DNA from: Planctomycetota bacterium
Lineage (GTDB): Bacteria; Planctomycetota; B15-G4; SIAN01
DNA: 64,000 nt
Direction: 5' to 3'
Assembly: GCA_028289345.1 (NCBI GenBank)
Contig: JANQQL010000050.1
Coordinates: 202,370 to 266,369 of the forward strand
Shown: positions 9,240-18,637 of the stretch, piece after piece
How the letters are laid out: every line of letters starts with the position of its first letter
Numbering within the stretch: the first letter of the stretch is position 1
Position numbers and translations under genes: made by a program
The notes under the pieces: generated by a model
What the model was told of the DNA's origin: nothing
The model's input: only the letters and a program-made list of their open reading frames with translations
Database searches by the model: none

Positions 9240-11309
9240 ATGAAGGACCGCTGGAAGAGTGGCCCGACCACCGCCCAGGACGACATCGACGAGCTGGTGT
9301 TCCTCTCCCACATCCTCGGGGAGGAAGAGACCTTGGTCCAGCCGGGAGGCGGCAACACGTCGGTCAAGGTCACCCAGACCGGCGACGATGGCCAACAGGA
9401 GTTGGTTCTCGCCGTGAAGGGCAGCGGGACCGACCTGCGCACCATTCCTCGCGAAGGATTCACGCGACTGTCCATGCAACGCCTGGCCGGGCTGCAACGA
9501 CGTGGCGAGATGAGCGACGAAGAGATGATGGCGTTCATGAATCGCTGCATGCTGGCCGGCGGTGGACCCGTCCCCAGCGTCGAGACCCCCCTGCACTCCT
9601 TGCTGCCGCACCGGGTCATCGCCCACACCCACGATGTCGCCACCATGAGCCTCACCAATATCGCCGAGCAGCAGTCTCGAGAGTGGATGCAAGAGCTGTT
9701 CGATCAGCGGCTGTTCTACGTCCCCTACGTGAGGCCGGGTTTTCCCCTGGCCGCCCAGGTGGCCCAGGTCGTTGACCAGATCCCCCGAGATGCCTGGGGC
9801 CTCGCTCTCGCCCATCACGGCCTGGTCGCTTGGGGAGACAACGCCAAAGAGTGCTACGAACACCTGCGCTCCCTGGTCGGAGTGATGGAAGAATTCTTCG
9901 GCAAGAAGAAGCAAGGCAAGTCGGTGTTCGGCAGCGTGTCGGTGGAACCCTCGCCGGCTGCTTCGCGAAGCGAACTTGCCTCCTTGCTGATGCCGGTGAT
10001 CCGCGGAGAACTCGGCCAAGAAGAACGGGTCATCCTGCACTTCGATGACTCCGAGCACGTGCTTGGCGCGATCGGCCGCGAAGGATTCGGCCCGCTTTCG
10101 CAAAAGGGCATGGTCACTCCGGAACACATTCTGCGCGCCGGCCGAATGCCGCTCTGGGTGGATGTCGACCTGGGGGCACCACCGAGCCAGCTGATCGCTC
10201 GGACCAAGGAAAAACTGCAAGGTGCGGCGAAGGAATACCGCGCTTACCACCAGCGCCATTCTCAAGCCAAGCCGATTCCAGACTGGGCCAAAGTCGTGTT
10301 GATCCCTGGCCTCGGCATGGTCACTGCTTTCAAGGACAAGAAGAGCGCGGCGACGGCGGCGCTCTGCTACCACGCCTGCATCGACACCTTGGAGAACGCA
10401 GAAGCAGCCTCCGGATTCGAGTTCATCTCGGAAGAAGACGTGTTCGAGTTCGAGCACTGGCCGCTGGAGCGGCGCAAGGTCGAGGAGAGCATCGAGAAGG
10501 AACGCAAGTCGCTACTTTTGCCGCGGCGCGTGGTCCTGGTCGTGGGCGGCGGCAGCGGCATTGGCGAGGCCTCGGCCTGGCGATTCGCCGAAGAAGGGGC
10601 CCACGTGGTCGTCGCCGACGTGACTCTGGAGAACGCCCAAAAAGTTGCCGACGAGATTGGGGCAAAGTTCAAAACCCGGGTTTCGGCGGTCTCCTTGGAC
10701 GTGCGGGACGATGCCCAGATCGCCGCGGCCATCGATCACACGGTCCTCGAGTTTGGCGGCCTGGATTGCTTGTTCTACACTGCGGGAGTCCCTCCGCACT
10801 TCGCACGCATCACGGAACTCGACCGAGCCAATCTGCAAAAGCAGGTCGACGTGCACTACCACGGCGCGGTGCTGACCATGGGCGCCGCGGCCAAGGTGAT
10901 GGAACGCCAAGGATTGGGCGGGTCGATCCTGTGCTCCGTCTCCAAAGCAGCTCTCGCTCCGGGCAAAGAAGCCCTGGCCTATGGCGGCAGCAAGGCCGCG
11001 TTGCAGCAAGCGGTCCGGGTCGCCGCCCTGGAGCTCGGCAGCTCGAACATCCGGGTGAACGCCATCAATGCCGATCAAGTGGACACCCCTTTGTTCCGCG
11101 CGTTCGTCGCGGCTCGTGCCGAGTCCCAAGGCAAGACTCTCGAGCAACAGCTCGCGAAGTACCGGGAACGCAATGCCATGGGGACTTCGTTGATTCCCGC
11201 ACGCAGCGTCGCGGAGATCGCGGTGTTGCTGGCAAGCGATCGATTCGCCTACACCACCGGCGACATCCTGACGGTGGACGGAGGACTTCCGGACGCGTTT
11301 CCCCGATGA
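9240..11309 (+). CDS. Bifunctional class II aldolase / short-chain dehydrogenase (rhamnulose-1-P aldolase-SDR type)
   Basis: GGGNTSVK, VKGSG, PSVETPLH, HTH; C-terminal SDR GGGSGIG and YGGSK; AGGAG RBS. Confidence 0.88.
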   Translation: MKDRWKSGPTTAQDDIDELVFLSHILGEEETLVQPGGGNTSVKVTQTGDDGQQELVLAVKGSGTDLRTIPREGFTRLSMQRLAGLQRRGEMSDEEMMAFMNRCMLAGGGPVPSVETPLHSLLPHRVIAHTHDVATMSLTNIAEQQSREWMQELFDQRLFYVPYVRPGFPLAAQVAQVVDQIPRDAWGLALAHHGLVAWGDNAKECYEHLRSLVGVMEEFFGKKKQGKSVFGSVSVEPSPAASRSELASLLMPVIRGELGQEERVILHFDDSEHVLGAIGREGFGPLSQKGMVTPEHILRAGRMPLWVDVDLGAPPSQLIARTKEKLQGAAKEYRAYHQRHSQAKPIPDWAKVVLIPGLGMVTAFKDKKSAATAALCYHACIDTLENAEAASGFEFISEEDVFEFEHWPLERRKVEESIEKERKSLLLPRRVVLVVGGGSGIGEASAWRFAEEGAHVVVADVTLENAQKVADEIGAKFKTRVSAVSLDVRDDAQIAAAIDHTVLEFGGLDCLFYTAGVPPHFARITELDRANLQKQVDVHYHGAVLTMGAAAKVMERQGLGGSILCSVSKAALAPGKEALAYGGSKAALQQAVRVAALELGSSNIRVNAINADQVDTPLFRAFVAARAESQGKTLEQQLAKYRERNAMGTSLIPARSVAEIAVLLASDRFAYTTGDILTVDGGLPDAFPR

Positions 11310-11398
11310 GGACGATGACTCGTTCGCTTCCCATCGTGAGCCCGTGCTGATCGAACTTTGAACGTCCGAACTCGATGCGGCAAATCAGACTCGCGCGA

Positions 11399-11441
11399 GT
11401 AACTCCGCCGTAATGCTCGGGAACAAGCCCACTTCTACTAT
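11399..11441 (+). promoter_or_regulatory. OmpR-family direct-repeat box GTAAC-N6-GTAAT plus -10 TACTAT
   Basis: Box 11399-11414, 21-nt gap, TACTAT 11436-11441; same layout at 15108 and 18181. Confidence 0.6.
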
Positions 11442-11482
11442 CTCTCCTGACCGCAATTGTTCCGGCTTCAAGGAGAGTCATC

Positions 11483-12235
11483 ATGTTGTGTTCACGGTTT
11501 CTGGCGAGCACCCTCGGCATCGTTTCTTTGGGTGCGACCGCCATCGCAGGAGAACCCGAGGAATTCGCCGAGTTCGCCATCTTCATCGAGATCAATGCCA
11601 CGGACGGGGACGCCGGCTTGCAAGGCAAGATCGACGGCGATGCCTGGCACCGCGCTCGCATCTATGGTCCGAACGAGGCGGTGGTCTTCGAGTATCGGGC
11701 CAAGGACAATCTCGGCGACCATGGCGTCACCGAAGTGCAGTGGGAAAGCAACGAGCCGCCTTTTGATGAGTTTCCACTCGCCGACTTCTTGGCGCTGTTC
11801 CCAGAAGGGGAGTATCGGGCTCGGGGCAAGACCGTCGAAGACGGACGACTGGTCTCGACCGCTGATCTCACCCATGACCTTCCCGCCGGCCCGGTGATCA
11901 CCTCTCACGAAGACGAAGATGAGGTGGAGCTCGACGGAAGCAACTTGAAGATCGAGTGGCTGGCGGTGACCGAAGACTATCGCGGGGGAGCACTCGCCTC
12001 CGACATCGACGGCTACGTCGTGGTTGCAGAAGTCGATCTGGAGATCATGGGCGTCGAGGTCACTCAAGTGGTCACCATTGATGTCGACGCCGACACTCAC
12101 TTTGCCGAGATTCCCGGCGACTTCCTCTTCCCGGGTCGCGAGTACAAGATCGAAATCGGGGCTCGAGAATCGAGCGGCAACTTGACATTCACGGAAATGG
12201 CGTTGTGCACCGTGGATGAAGTCCCCGACGCCTGA
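11483..12235 (+). CDS. Secreted acidic protein of unknown function (paralog of 17352-18026)
   Basis: Signal peptide ending AIA; AGGAG RBS; motifs IEINATDGDAG, HDLPAGP, IEIGARESSGNLTF. Confidence 0.8.
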   Translation: MLCSRFLASTLGIVSLGATAIAGEPEEFAEFAIFIEINATDGDAGLQGKIDGDAWHRARIYGPNEAVVFEYRAKDNLGDHGVTEVQWESNEPPFDEFPLADFLALFPEGEYRARGKTVEDGRLVSTADLTHDLPAGPVITSHEDEDEVELDGSNLKIEWLAVTEDYRGGALASDIDGYVVVAEVDLEIMGVEVTQVVTIDVDADTHFAEIPGDFLFPGREYKIEIGARESSGNLTFTEMALCTVDEVPDA

Positions 12236-12334
12236 ATCGATCCCCGCTTCCTCACTGGTGGCTCTGGCTGCTCCTCCGATTCGGACCGCGAACGCGGTTC
12301 CCCAAGAGCAGTCAGGGTCACCAGCGGACTCCTC

Positions 12335-13840
12335 ATGACTTGCCCCGCACTCATCAAGAGACCTTGGGCCGTCGTTGCCTGGGGATTTGCCATCGGCCTG
12401 CTGGGGACCGTGAGCTGGTTGTGCTCGGGGACGAGGTCGGCTCCTCGCCCCGTCCCCGCCCGGGCCGCGCCTTCCAGCGGACCTTTGTCTTCGAGCGCCA
12501 TCTCCGGCGGTCCCGAGAACCCCGTCCTTCGCGTTCGAGAACCCGATCGGTTCCACTCTTCCGCGCAGGAATCACTCCGATGGGACCGTCGGATCCCCAC
12601 GACGAGTCCCATCGAAAAAGTCGAGACCCGGTACTCCCGCGTTCGCGTCCGCGGTCAGCTGCTTCTTGGCGGACAACCTTGTGCTCAACGGGCACTGGCA
12701 TTCCGACCCTTGGGGACGGGTGTTCGGGAGGGTGAGGAGCTGGGGTGGGTGGAAACTGATGGATCGGGACGCTTCGAGCAATCCCTGCCCGCCGGTGGGT
12801 TCGTCGTTCTCGATGAACAGACCGGAGCCTTTGTCGACAATCTGATGCTGAACGGAGTCGCACCCGACGTCACTTGCTTGTTGGAGATGCCCGATCAGAA
12901 ACTCCACGGTCGGGTCACAGGAATCGATGGCTCCCCTCTTTCCGGAGTTCGGGTCCAAGCAGTCCGGTTGTTCTCCCTGTCCGAGGCGGCCGCAGTCATG
13001 GACCTCGCCTTGATGTCTCCGGGAGGCCACATCCGGACAAATCACCGGGGTGAGTATTCGCTCGAGACACTCGTTCCCGGTGACTACCTCGTGACCTGGA
13101 AGCAGCGGGGCTCGACCACTTTGGTTCGCCGGCTCACGGTGCACGGAAAACTCGCTCCGGTGAATGCCACGCTCGATGCATCCGTCGACTGGCACGGCTT
13201 CGTTCATGACGCGGCCGGTCATCCCTTGTCGATGGAACTCTTGCTCTGGAGAGAAGACGGACCCGGTCTCAGCCAGCTCTTGTTGGGAACGCGGGTTCGG
13301 AGCACGCGTGACGGAACCGTGGTCGTTCCGGGGCTCGCACCTGGCAGGTACCACGTGGTCGGATTCGGCGAGAACGATCGCGGCGATTTGGCGTTGTTCG
13401 AGACCATTGAATTGGCCCGAGGCGCCAAGAGATTTGAACTGGCCGCACGGTTCGCTGGCGCCGTCACTGCCACGGTCCGGGGACCCGACGGAGGTCCGCT
13501 TCGCGGCGCCACCCTCGACCTACGAACTCTCGAAGGAGCCCCGTGCGTGGCCAGTCAGGAGTGGTTCGAACACGGGGTGACTGCGGACGACCAAGGCAGA
13601 ATCCAACTAGACGACATGATTCCCGGTCGATACCGAATCGCGGCAACTCGCCATGGATGCAAAGGCCCCGACAAGCAGATCCATGTCAGGTTCGGGCAAC
13701 GCGTAAATGTGGACCTGCGATGGGGGTCCGCGGATGAGTTCGGCAGTGGCGATCATTGTTTGCCACGGAAGCCAACGTTGCTCGAAACTCACCCGGCGCC
13801 CCGATCTCCTGTCGGCCGTCGGGAACCCCTCGTCGAATGA
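12335..13840 (+). CDS. Membrane-anchored carboxypeptidase-regulatory-like (transthyretin/Ig-like) repeat protein
   Basis: N-terminal TM; repeated G.V...DG.PL.G..V and TD..G.(F/Y).L..L.PG.Y units. Confidence 0.7.
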   Translation: MTCPALIKRPWAVVAWGFAIGLLGTVSWLCSGTRSAPRPVPARAAPSSGPLSSSAISGGPENPVLRVREPDRFHSSAQESLRWDRRIPTTSPIEKVETRYSRVRVRGQLLLGGQPCAQRALAFRPLGTGVREGEELGWVETDGSGRFEQSLPAGGFVVLDEQTGAFVDNLMLNGVAPDVTCLLEMPDQKLHGRVTGIDGSPLSGVRVQAVRLFSLSEAAAVMDLALMSPGGHIRTNHRGEYSLETLVPGDYLVTWKQRGSTTLVRRLTVHGKLAPVNATLDASVDWHGFVHDAAGHPLSMELLLWREDGPGLSQLLLGTRVRSTRDGTVVVPGLAPGRYHVVGFGENDRGDLALFETIELARGAKRFELAARFAGAVTATVRGPDGGPLRGATLDLRTLEGAPCVASQEWFEHGVTADDQGRIQLDDMIPGRYRIAATRHGCKGPDKQIHVRFGQRVNVDLRWGSADEFGSGDHCLPRKPTLLETHPAPRSPVGRREPLVE

Positions 13841-13858
13841 GGACTCTCTGACGCTCAC

Positions 13859-15058
13859 TCACGTCGAGGAGCCTGTCCCTCGAAGAACGGACCGCGTGGT
13901 GAGCCGTTTGGACAACCTGGGGGCCGCCGAAGTTCGTCGGTCGACCAATGAACGGTAGAGCGCCACATAGTCCGCCACCATTCGGCGAGAACCGAACCGA
14001 TGTCGAGCATCGACTCGGCCGCGGCACGCGAGGGCTTCGCGAAGCCCTCGATTCGCCAGCAACTCCTCAATCCGCGCCGCGCATTGGTCCACCGCACCGG
14101 GGACAAACAGGAGTCCCGTCGCACCATCCTGGACCACCTCTCGCATCCCCCCCGCGGCAGCGCAAACCGGAACGCATCCCATTGCCATCGCTTCGACGGG
14201 GGCGAGCCCGAATGCCTCGTTCGTAGACGCCGAAACAAAGACGTCCGCACCAGCAAGCAGCTCCGCCACATTCTCCACGAAACCGACATGCTGAACGCGC
14301 GGCGATCCCTCGAGCTTCGCCTGCAGAGACCGCTGCCACGACGGCGTCCCCCCCATCTCGCCGGCCAGCACGAACCAAGCTCGCACTCCCTTCCGCAGCA
14401 GGCGAAGGGCCGCCTCGACGAACACCTCGGGCTGTTTGCCAGGAACGACTCGGGCCAGAGAGGCAACGACCAGGCCTTCCGGTGGGGCGCCCAATTGCCG
14501 GCGAAGCTTCCTTCTCGCGAAAAGGACATCCAGCCTGCGGGGATCGAAAGTGTCTTCGTCGATGCCGTTGAGAACGACTCGAAGGCGACGTTCCTTCACG
14601 ATGCTTTGACGCCGAAGGTCTGCCGCCACCGCTCGGGAAACTGCAACCGTCCGAGTCACCGAAGATCGGTAGAGCCAACGATTGAATGCGTGATTCTTGA
14701 TGGCCTTGAGGTTGTGCCGGGTCCTCACCAAGGGAATTGGGCACGCCCCGATCGATCGCGACCAGGCCACCAACCAGGTGTCCCAAGAAGCATGGGTGTG
14801 AACCACATCCACCTGGCGGAGCAGTCGACGAATCCGGCCAAGATCCTGAGCAAGGGATCGGAGTGCGATCGGGGCGTGGACCAGATTCAGGGGAACGACC
14901 CTTGCGCCGTGTCCCGCGAGCCGTGACTCCAACGCCGATCCCCGCTGCGCTCCAATGGTGACCTCGTGCCCCTCCGAGAGGAGGCCACGGCACAACATCT
15001 GGATCATCGCCGTTTCGCCGTTCCATCCCCGCTTCTTGCATGTCAAGAGAACTCGCAC
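13859..15058 (-). CDS. Glycosyltransferase family 4
   Basis: DVVHTH, TRH, NGID, ARVVPGK, EAFGLAPVEAMAMG; likely GTG start 15058 (MRVLL), alternative ATG 15070. Confidence 0.92.
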   Translation of the reverse strand: MRVLLTCKKRGWNGETAMIQMLCRGLLSEGHEVTIGAQRGSALESRLAGHGARVVPLNLVHAPIALRSLAQDLGRIRRLLRQVDVVHTHASWDTWLVAWSRSIGACPIPLVRTRHNLKAIKNHAFNRWLYRSSVTRTVAVSRAVAADLRRQSIVKERRLRVVLNGIDEDTFDPRRLDVLFARRKLRRQLGAPPEGLVVASLARVVPGKQPEVFVEAALRLLRKGVRAWFVLAGEMGGTPSWQRSLQAKLEGSPRVQHVGFVENVAELLAGADVFVSASTNEAFGLAPVEAMAMGCVPVCAAAGGMREVVQDGATGLLFVPGAVDQCAARIEELLANRGLREALACRGRVDARHRFGSRRMVADYVALYRSLVDRRTSAAPRLSKRLTTRSVLRGTGSST

Positions 15059-15065
15059 ACCGTGA

Positions 15066-15108
15066 ATCATCTCCACGGTTCCTCGCGAGGGGATTACCGC
15101 ACCATTAC
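15066..15108 (-). promoter_or_regulatory. Direct-repeat box GTAAT-N6-GTAAT plus weak -10 (GATGAT)
   Basis: Box 15108-15093, 21-nt gap, GATGAT 15071-15066, then 7 nt to the GTG. Confidence 0.5.
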
Positions 15109-15270
15109 CGGTGATCAGCAAATTCGCGTGGGGCCAATCCTCCTGAGAGCCATTGACTCATGAGTTCGATCGCAAGAATTGCAAACACAGTCGTGGTCGT
15201 TCACGCCATGACAGAGCGGGAAAGGACTCCGTTCACCACGACCGCTCGTGGTCGCTTTCAACCGCTTCGA

Positions 15271-16677
15271 TCAGCTCTGGGGGCCATTCAACGTGGCCCG
15301 AAAACGGCCTTCACAAAACTCGAAGCGAAGCTCGCAACCCGCCTTGGCCGCCAAGGCGGACGACAACGCCAGCCCCAAGCCCGAGCGTTCTCGATCCGTG
15401 CGGGCGCTGTCCTTTCGCCAGAACGGTTGGGTGAGCAGCTCGAGGTCGTGGTCTTCGAGATTCGGAGCCTCGTTTTCGACGGCAACTGACCAATTCGACC
15501 CGCCATTGCGGTGCTGGCATTCGATCGTGGAGTGGGGGGACGAGTGATAGACGGCGTTGCCAAGAAGGTTCGATAGGACGATGCGAATCACTTCCCCGTC
15601 TCCCTGAACCCGGGTGTCCTCGGGAATTCGATTCACGACGACAAGCTTTCGATCCCGCACCGGCTCCGCGATGGATCGCAGAAGTTCCTGCAACACCGGG
15701 GTCAGCTCGACGGGCTGTTTCTCGAAGCTTTCGGTCCCCATTTCCAAGCGCGCGAGCTTCAGCAAAGTGGAAACGGAGCCACCCATCTTCCAGGCGATCT
15801 CGCGGGTCGTGATCAACGCGCGCATCGTGGTTTCCAGGTCCTCACCATTGCGCAATGCGACTTCCGAAGAAGTGATCAATTCAGCGATCGGAGTTCGCAA
15901 CTCGTGGGCGATGTCGGCGGTGGTTCGACGTTCACGCTGAAGCGCTTTGTCGACCCGGCGAATCAGCAGGTCCGCCTTGTCCGCCACCGGGGTCAACTCC
16001 GACGGGAGCGGGCCGGTCTCGAGAGACTCGGGTAGATCGTTGACCGAGATGGCGTCCAGGGTCGAGGCCAGGCGACGGGTGGGTTCAAGGCCCCGCTCCA
16101 CGGTGACCCAGGCCAGGATCGCGATCAAAGTGATCAGCAGCAACGAGCCACCGACACAGCTCCCCATCACTTTGCCTTGGGCAGCGACGAGAGATTCGGT
16201 GCCGCGGCCCACCACCACGACGACCTTGGCGGCCTCCGGTCGATTCGGACCCCACTCGGGGTAGACGTGATGAATCTCGATCAACTGAGCGACCAGCCGG
16301 CCGGGACGTCCATCGGGAAGGGGCTCCGACCAATAGCTCGGATCGACGTCGGGAATCTCCGGGGGGAACAGTTCCTCTTCTCCCAGAGAGTTCGAGACCT
16401 CCAGCGGAGTGCCATCCTCGAAGGTCAGTTGAAAGTACGAGGGGTTCGTCGCCGATTCGTACTCCGGCATCAGCTCATCGGAAAACTCGAAGTGCACCTC
16501 GTCTTCCGTTTGAAACAGAATCGAGGCAAGCCCCTGCACACGATCGGCAAGATTGCGGTCGAACTGCTCTTCCAGGGAAACCTTCACCGCCTGGTACACC
16601 ACCACCCCCGCACCGGCCACGATGAGCGTCGTCCCGGCCAGGAGCCGACTCATGAGGAAGCTCCGAAAAGACCTCAC
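15271..16677 (-). CDS. Sensor histidine kinase (CusS/QseC-like)
   Basis: AHELRTP, NLLGNA, SGLGL; 2 TM; GTGA coupling to the upstream RR. Confidence 0.92.
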   Translation of the reverse strand: MRSFRSFLMSRLLAGTTLIVAGAGVVVYQAVKVSLEEQFDRNLADRVQGLASILFQTEDEVHFEFSDELMPEYESATNPSYFQLTFEDGTPLEVSNSLGEEELFPPEIPDVDPSYWSEPLPDGRPGRLVAQLIEIHHVYPEWGPNRPEAAKVVVVVGRGTESLVAAQGKVMGSCVGGSLLLITLIAILAWVTVERGLEPTRRLASTLDAISVNDLPESLETGPLPSELTPVADKADLLIRRVDKALQRERRTTADIAHELRTPIAELITSSEVALRNGEDLETTMRALITTREIAWKMGGSVSTLLKLARLEMGTESFEKQPVELTPVLQELLRSIAEPVRDRKLVVVNRIPEDTRVQGDGEVIRIVLSNLLGNAVYHSSPHSTIECQHRNGGSNWSVAVENEAPNLEDHDLELLTQPFWRKDSARTDRERSGLGLALSSALAAKAGCELRFEFCEGRFRATLNGPQS

Positions 16678-17345
16678 GGGGACGGGCTCTCGAGGACGTA
16701 ACCCTGCCCCCTCTTCGTGCGGACCAGGTGCTTGCGATCACCCAGCTTGTTGCGCAGGAGACAAATGGTGGAGTCCACCGCATTGCTCGAAGGAAGCCGG
16801 TGGACTCCATAGATGTGATCCTCGATCTCCTCTCGGGACACCGTTTGGTCACGCCGCAAGGCAAGGTATTCGAGCAACGCGTACTCGCGAGTGGTCAAAT
16901 CCAGGGCCTTGCCATCGAGAGTGGCGCGACGGGCCACCACGTCCACTGCCAAGGGCCCCACCTCCACCGAAGAGCCCTTCTCTTGGTAACGCCGTCGGAC
17001 CAGGGCATGAATGCGCGCCAGCAACTCTTCGAACGCGAACGGTTTCACCAGGTAGTCGTCGGCGCCCATGTTGAGCCCCTGGACCCGATCTTCGAGTCGG
17101 TCCCGCGCGGTCAACACCAGGACGTGGGGACGGTCCGGTTTGTCGCGAAGCTCGGCAAGCACGCTCATGCCATCGAGCTTGGGAAGGAGCAGATCGAGGA
17201 TCAGCACGTCATAGGGGTTGTTGCGTGCGTAGCTCAGGCCCTGCTCACCGTCGGCCACCACGTCCACCGCGAAACCTTCGCGAGACAAGCCCAGCCTCAG
17301 TGACTCGAGGAGAGTCGGAGAGTCTTCGACCACGAGCACACGCAT
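16674..17345 (-). CDS. OmpR/PhoB-family response regulator
   Basis: LVVED, DLLLP, GADDYLVKPF, winged-helix RTKRGQGY. Confidence 0.95.
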   Translation of the reverse strand: MRVLVVEDSPTLLESLRLGLSREGFAVDVVADGEQGLSYARNNPYDVLILDLLLPKLDGMSVLAELRDKPDRPHVLVLTARDRLEDRVQGLNMGADDYLVKPFAFEELLARIHALVRRRYQEKGSSVEVGPLAVDVVARRATLDGKALDLTTREYALLEYLALRRDQTVSREEIEDHIYGVHRLPSSNAVDSTICLLRNKLGDRKHLVRTKRGQGYVLESPSP

Positions 17346-17351
17346 TGCGAT

Positions 17352-18026
17352 TCAGCGAGTCGTGAACGTGGTTTCAACGAAGGTACAGTTTCCATTGCGC
17401 CCCACTGCACCGATCTCGACATGGGTCTCGGCGCCGCGGCGCAGGACTCCTCGCGGCACTCGGAAGCAGCTCGTCATCGCGGGGAGAGTGACGCGCATCG
17501 TGTCCGAATCCCCTTGCTCCAGGCCGACTTGGTAGGCAACGGCTTCGGGGTTCGGCGTCCACTGCAAGCAGACCGTCGGGGAGACGTCAGTTTCCCCCTC
17601 GCGGGGATAGGTGACGAACGGTGCGGCGGGAAGCCGATGGGAAAACACCGCGCTGCCGCGCGCACGACGACCGTCCGCGGTACGAGCTCGCATGTCGTAC
17701 ACACCTTCCCGGTAGCGCTGCTTGAGTTCGTTCAGAGTGTACTCCTGAGACTCCAGCTTGAAGCCGGCGAGTGCCAGGTGCTGACCTTGGGGAGCTTCGA
17801 GACGGAACACTTCCGTGGTCAGGGGGCTGCGGACTTCGACGTGCCCCAAGAAATGCTCGCTCTCGGCCTGAAAGACCACCGCGGCTTCCCCGTTGTTGAC
17901 CGTGTACTCCAAGGTCATGCGCTCTTCCTTCAGGCGCACCATCGGTTCGGGTTTCTTGGAGTCTTGCCAAGCGAGCAGTGTCACCGAGCAAAGGGCAATG
18001 ACGGCAAAAGACTGGGACCGAATCAT
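17352..18026 (-). CDS. Secreted basic protein of unknown function (paralog of 11483-12235)
   Basis: AAGGAG RBS, signal peptide, HRLPAAP, VEIGAVGRNGNCTF; stop 6 nt before the RR start. Confidence 0.8.
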   Translation of the reverse strand: MIRSQSFAVIALCSVTLLAWQDSKKPEPMVRLKEERMTLEYTVNNGEAAVVFQAESEHFLGHVEVRSPLTTEVFRLEAPQGQHLALAGFKLESQEYTLNELKQRYREGVYDMRARTADGRRARGSAVFSHRLPAAPFVTYPREGETDVSPTVCLQWTPNPEAVAYQVGLEQGDSDTMRVTLPAMTSCFRVPRGVLRRGAETHVEIGAVGRNGNCTFVETTFTTR

Positions 18027-18137
18027 CCTGAGAACTCCTTGAGGAACGCGCTTCTTCGGGACTCTCATCCTCCTCGGCGTTGGTGGGAGGAGCGCGACGC
18101 CGCACGGCTCGCTCCGTCCGCTTTCAAGGCCTGATCG

Positions 18138-18181
18138 ATAATAGCCCCGGGATTCCCGGGCGAGGATTACGAGAAGGTTAT
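18138..18181 (-). promoter_or_regulatory. Direct-repeat box ATAAC-N6-GTAAT plus -10 TATTAT
   Basis: Box 18181-18166, 22-nt gap, TATTAT 18143-18138. Confidence 0.6.
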
Positions 18182-18637
18182 GGCGATCGGCTCTCTTCGC
18201 CTCGCGCCCACCAGGCCGTTGAGCAGGCCTGCTGGCGGGCGACGGGCCCAAGGCGAACGGCCTGAGAAGCGGATCCCTCCGTCTCCCGGGGCGCCGGTTC
18301 GAGGCTTCGTGTTCGGTTGATTTCTTCCCTCCCCTACGGGTCGCGCAAGTTCCGGGATCGAATGGCGCACTCGGTCGTATAAGGAAGCAACCGTGGTGTC
18401 CTCCGGGAGAAAACTGGCCGCGGAGGTGGTGCCCGCACTCACTTCGCAGGTCCACCATTCGGCCTGGAAGGAATGTTCCGGTCGCGGTCTTCGGTTCGAG
18501 TTTCTGCAGATTCCCTGGATCCGTGGTCCTCAATCAATCGAAGACAAGACCGGTCCCGGCGGTGGGAAGCTGACCAGGAATCCGCTTCCCGGACGCCTCG
18601 TGGAATGGCCTGTCCCGCTCTGGATGAGAGAACTTTC

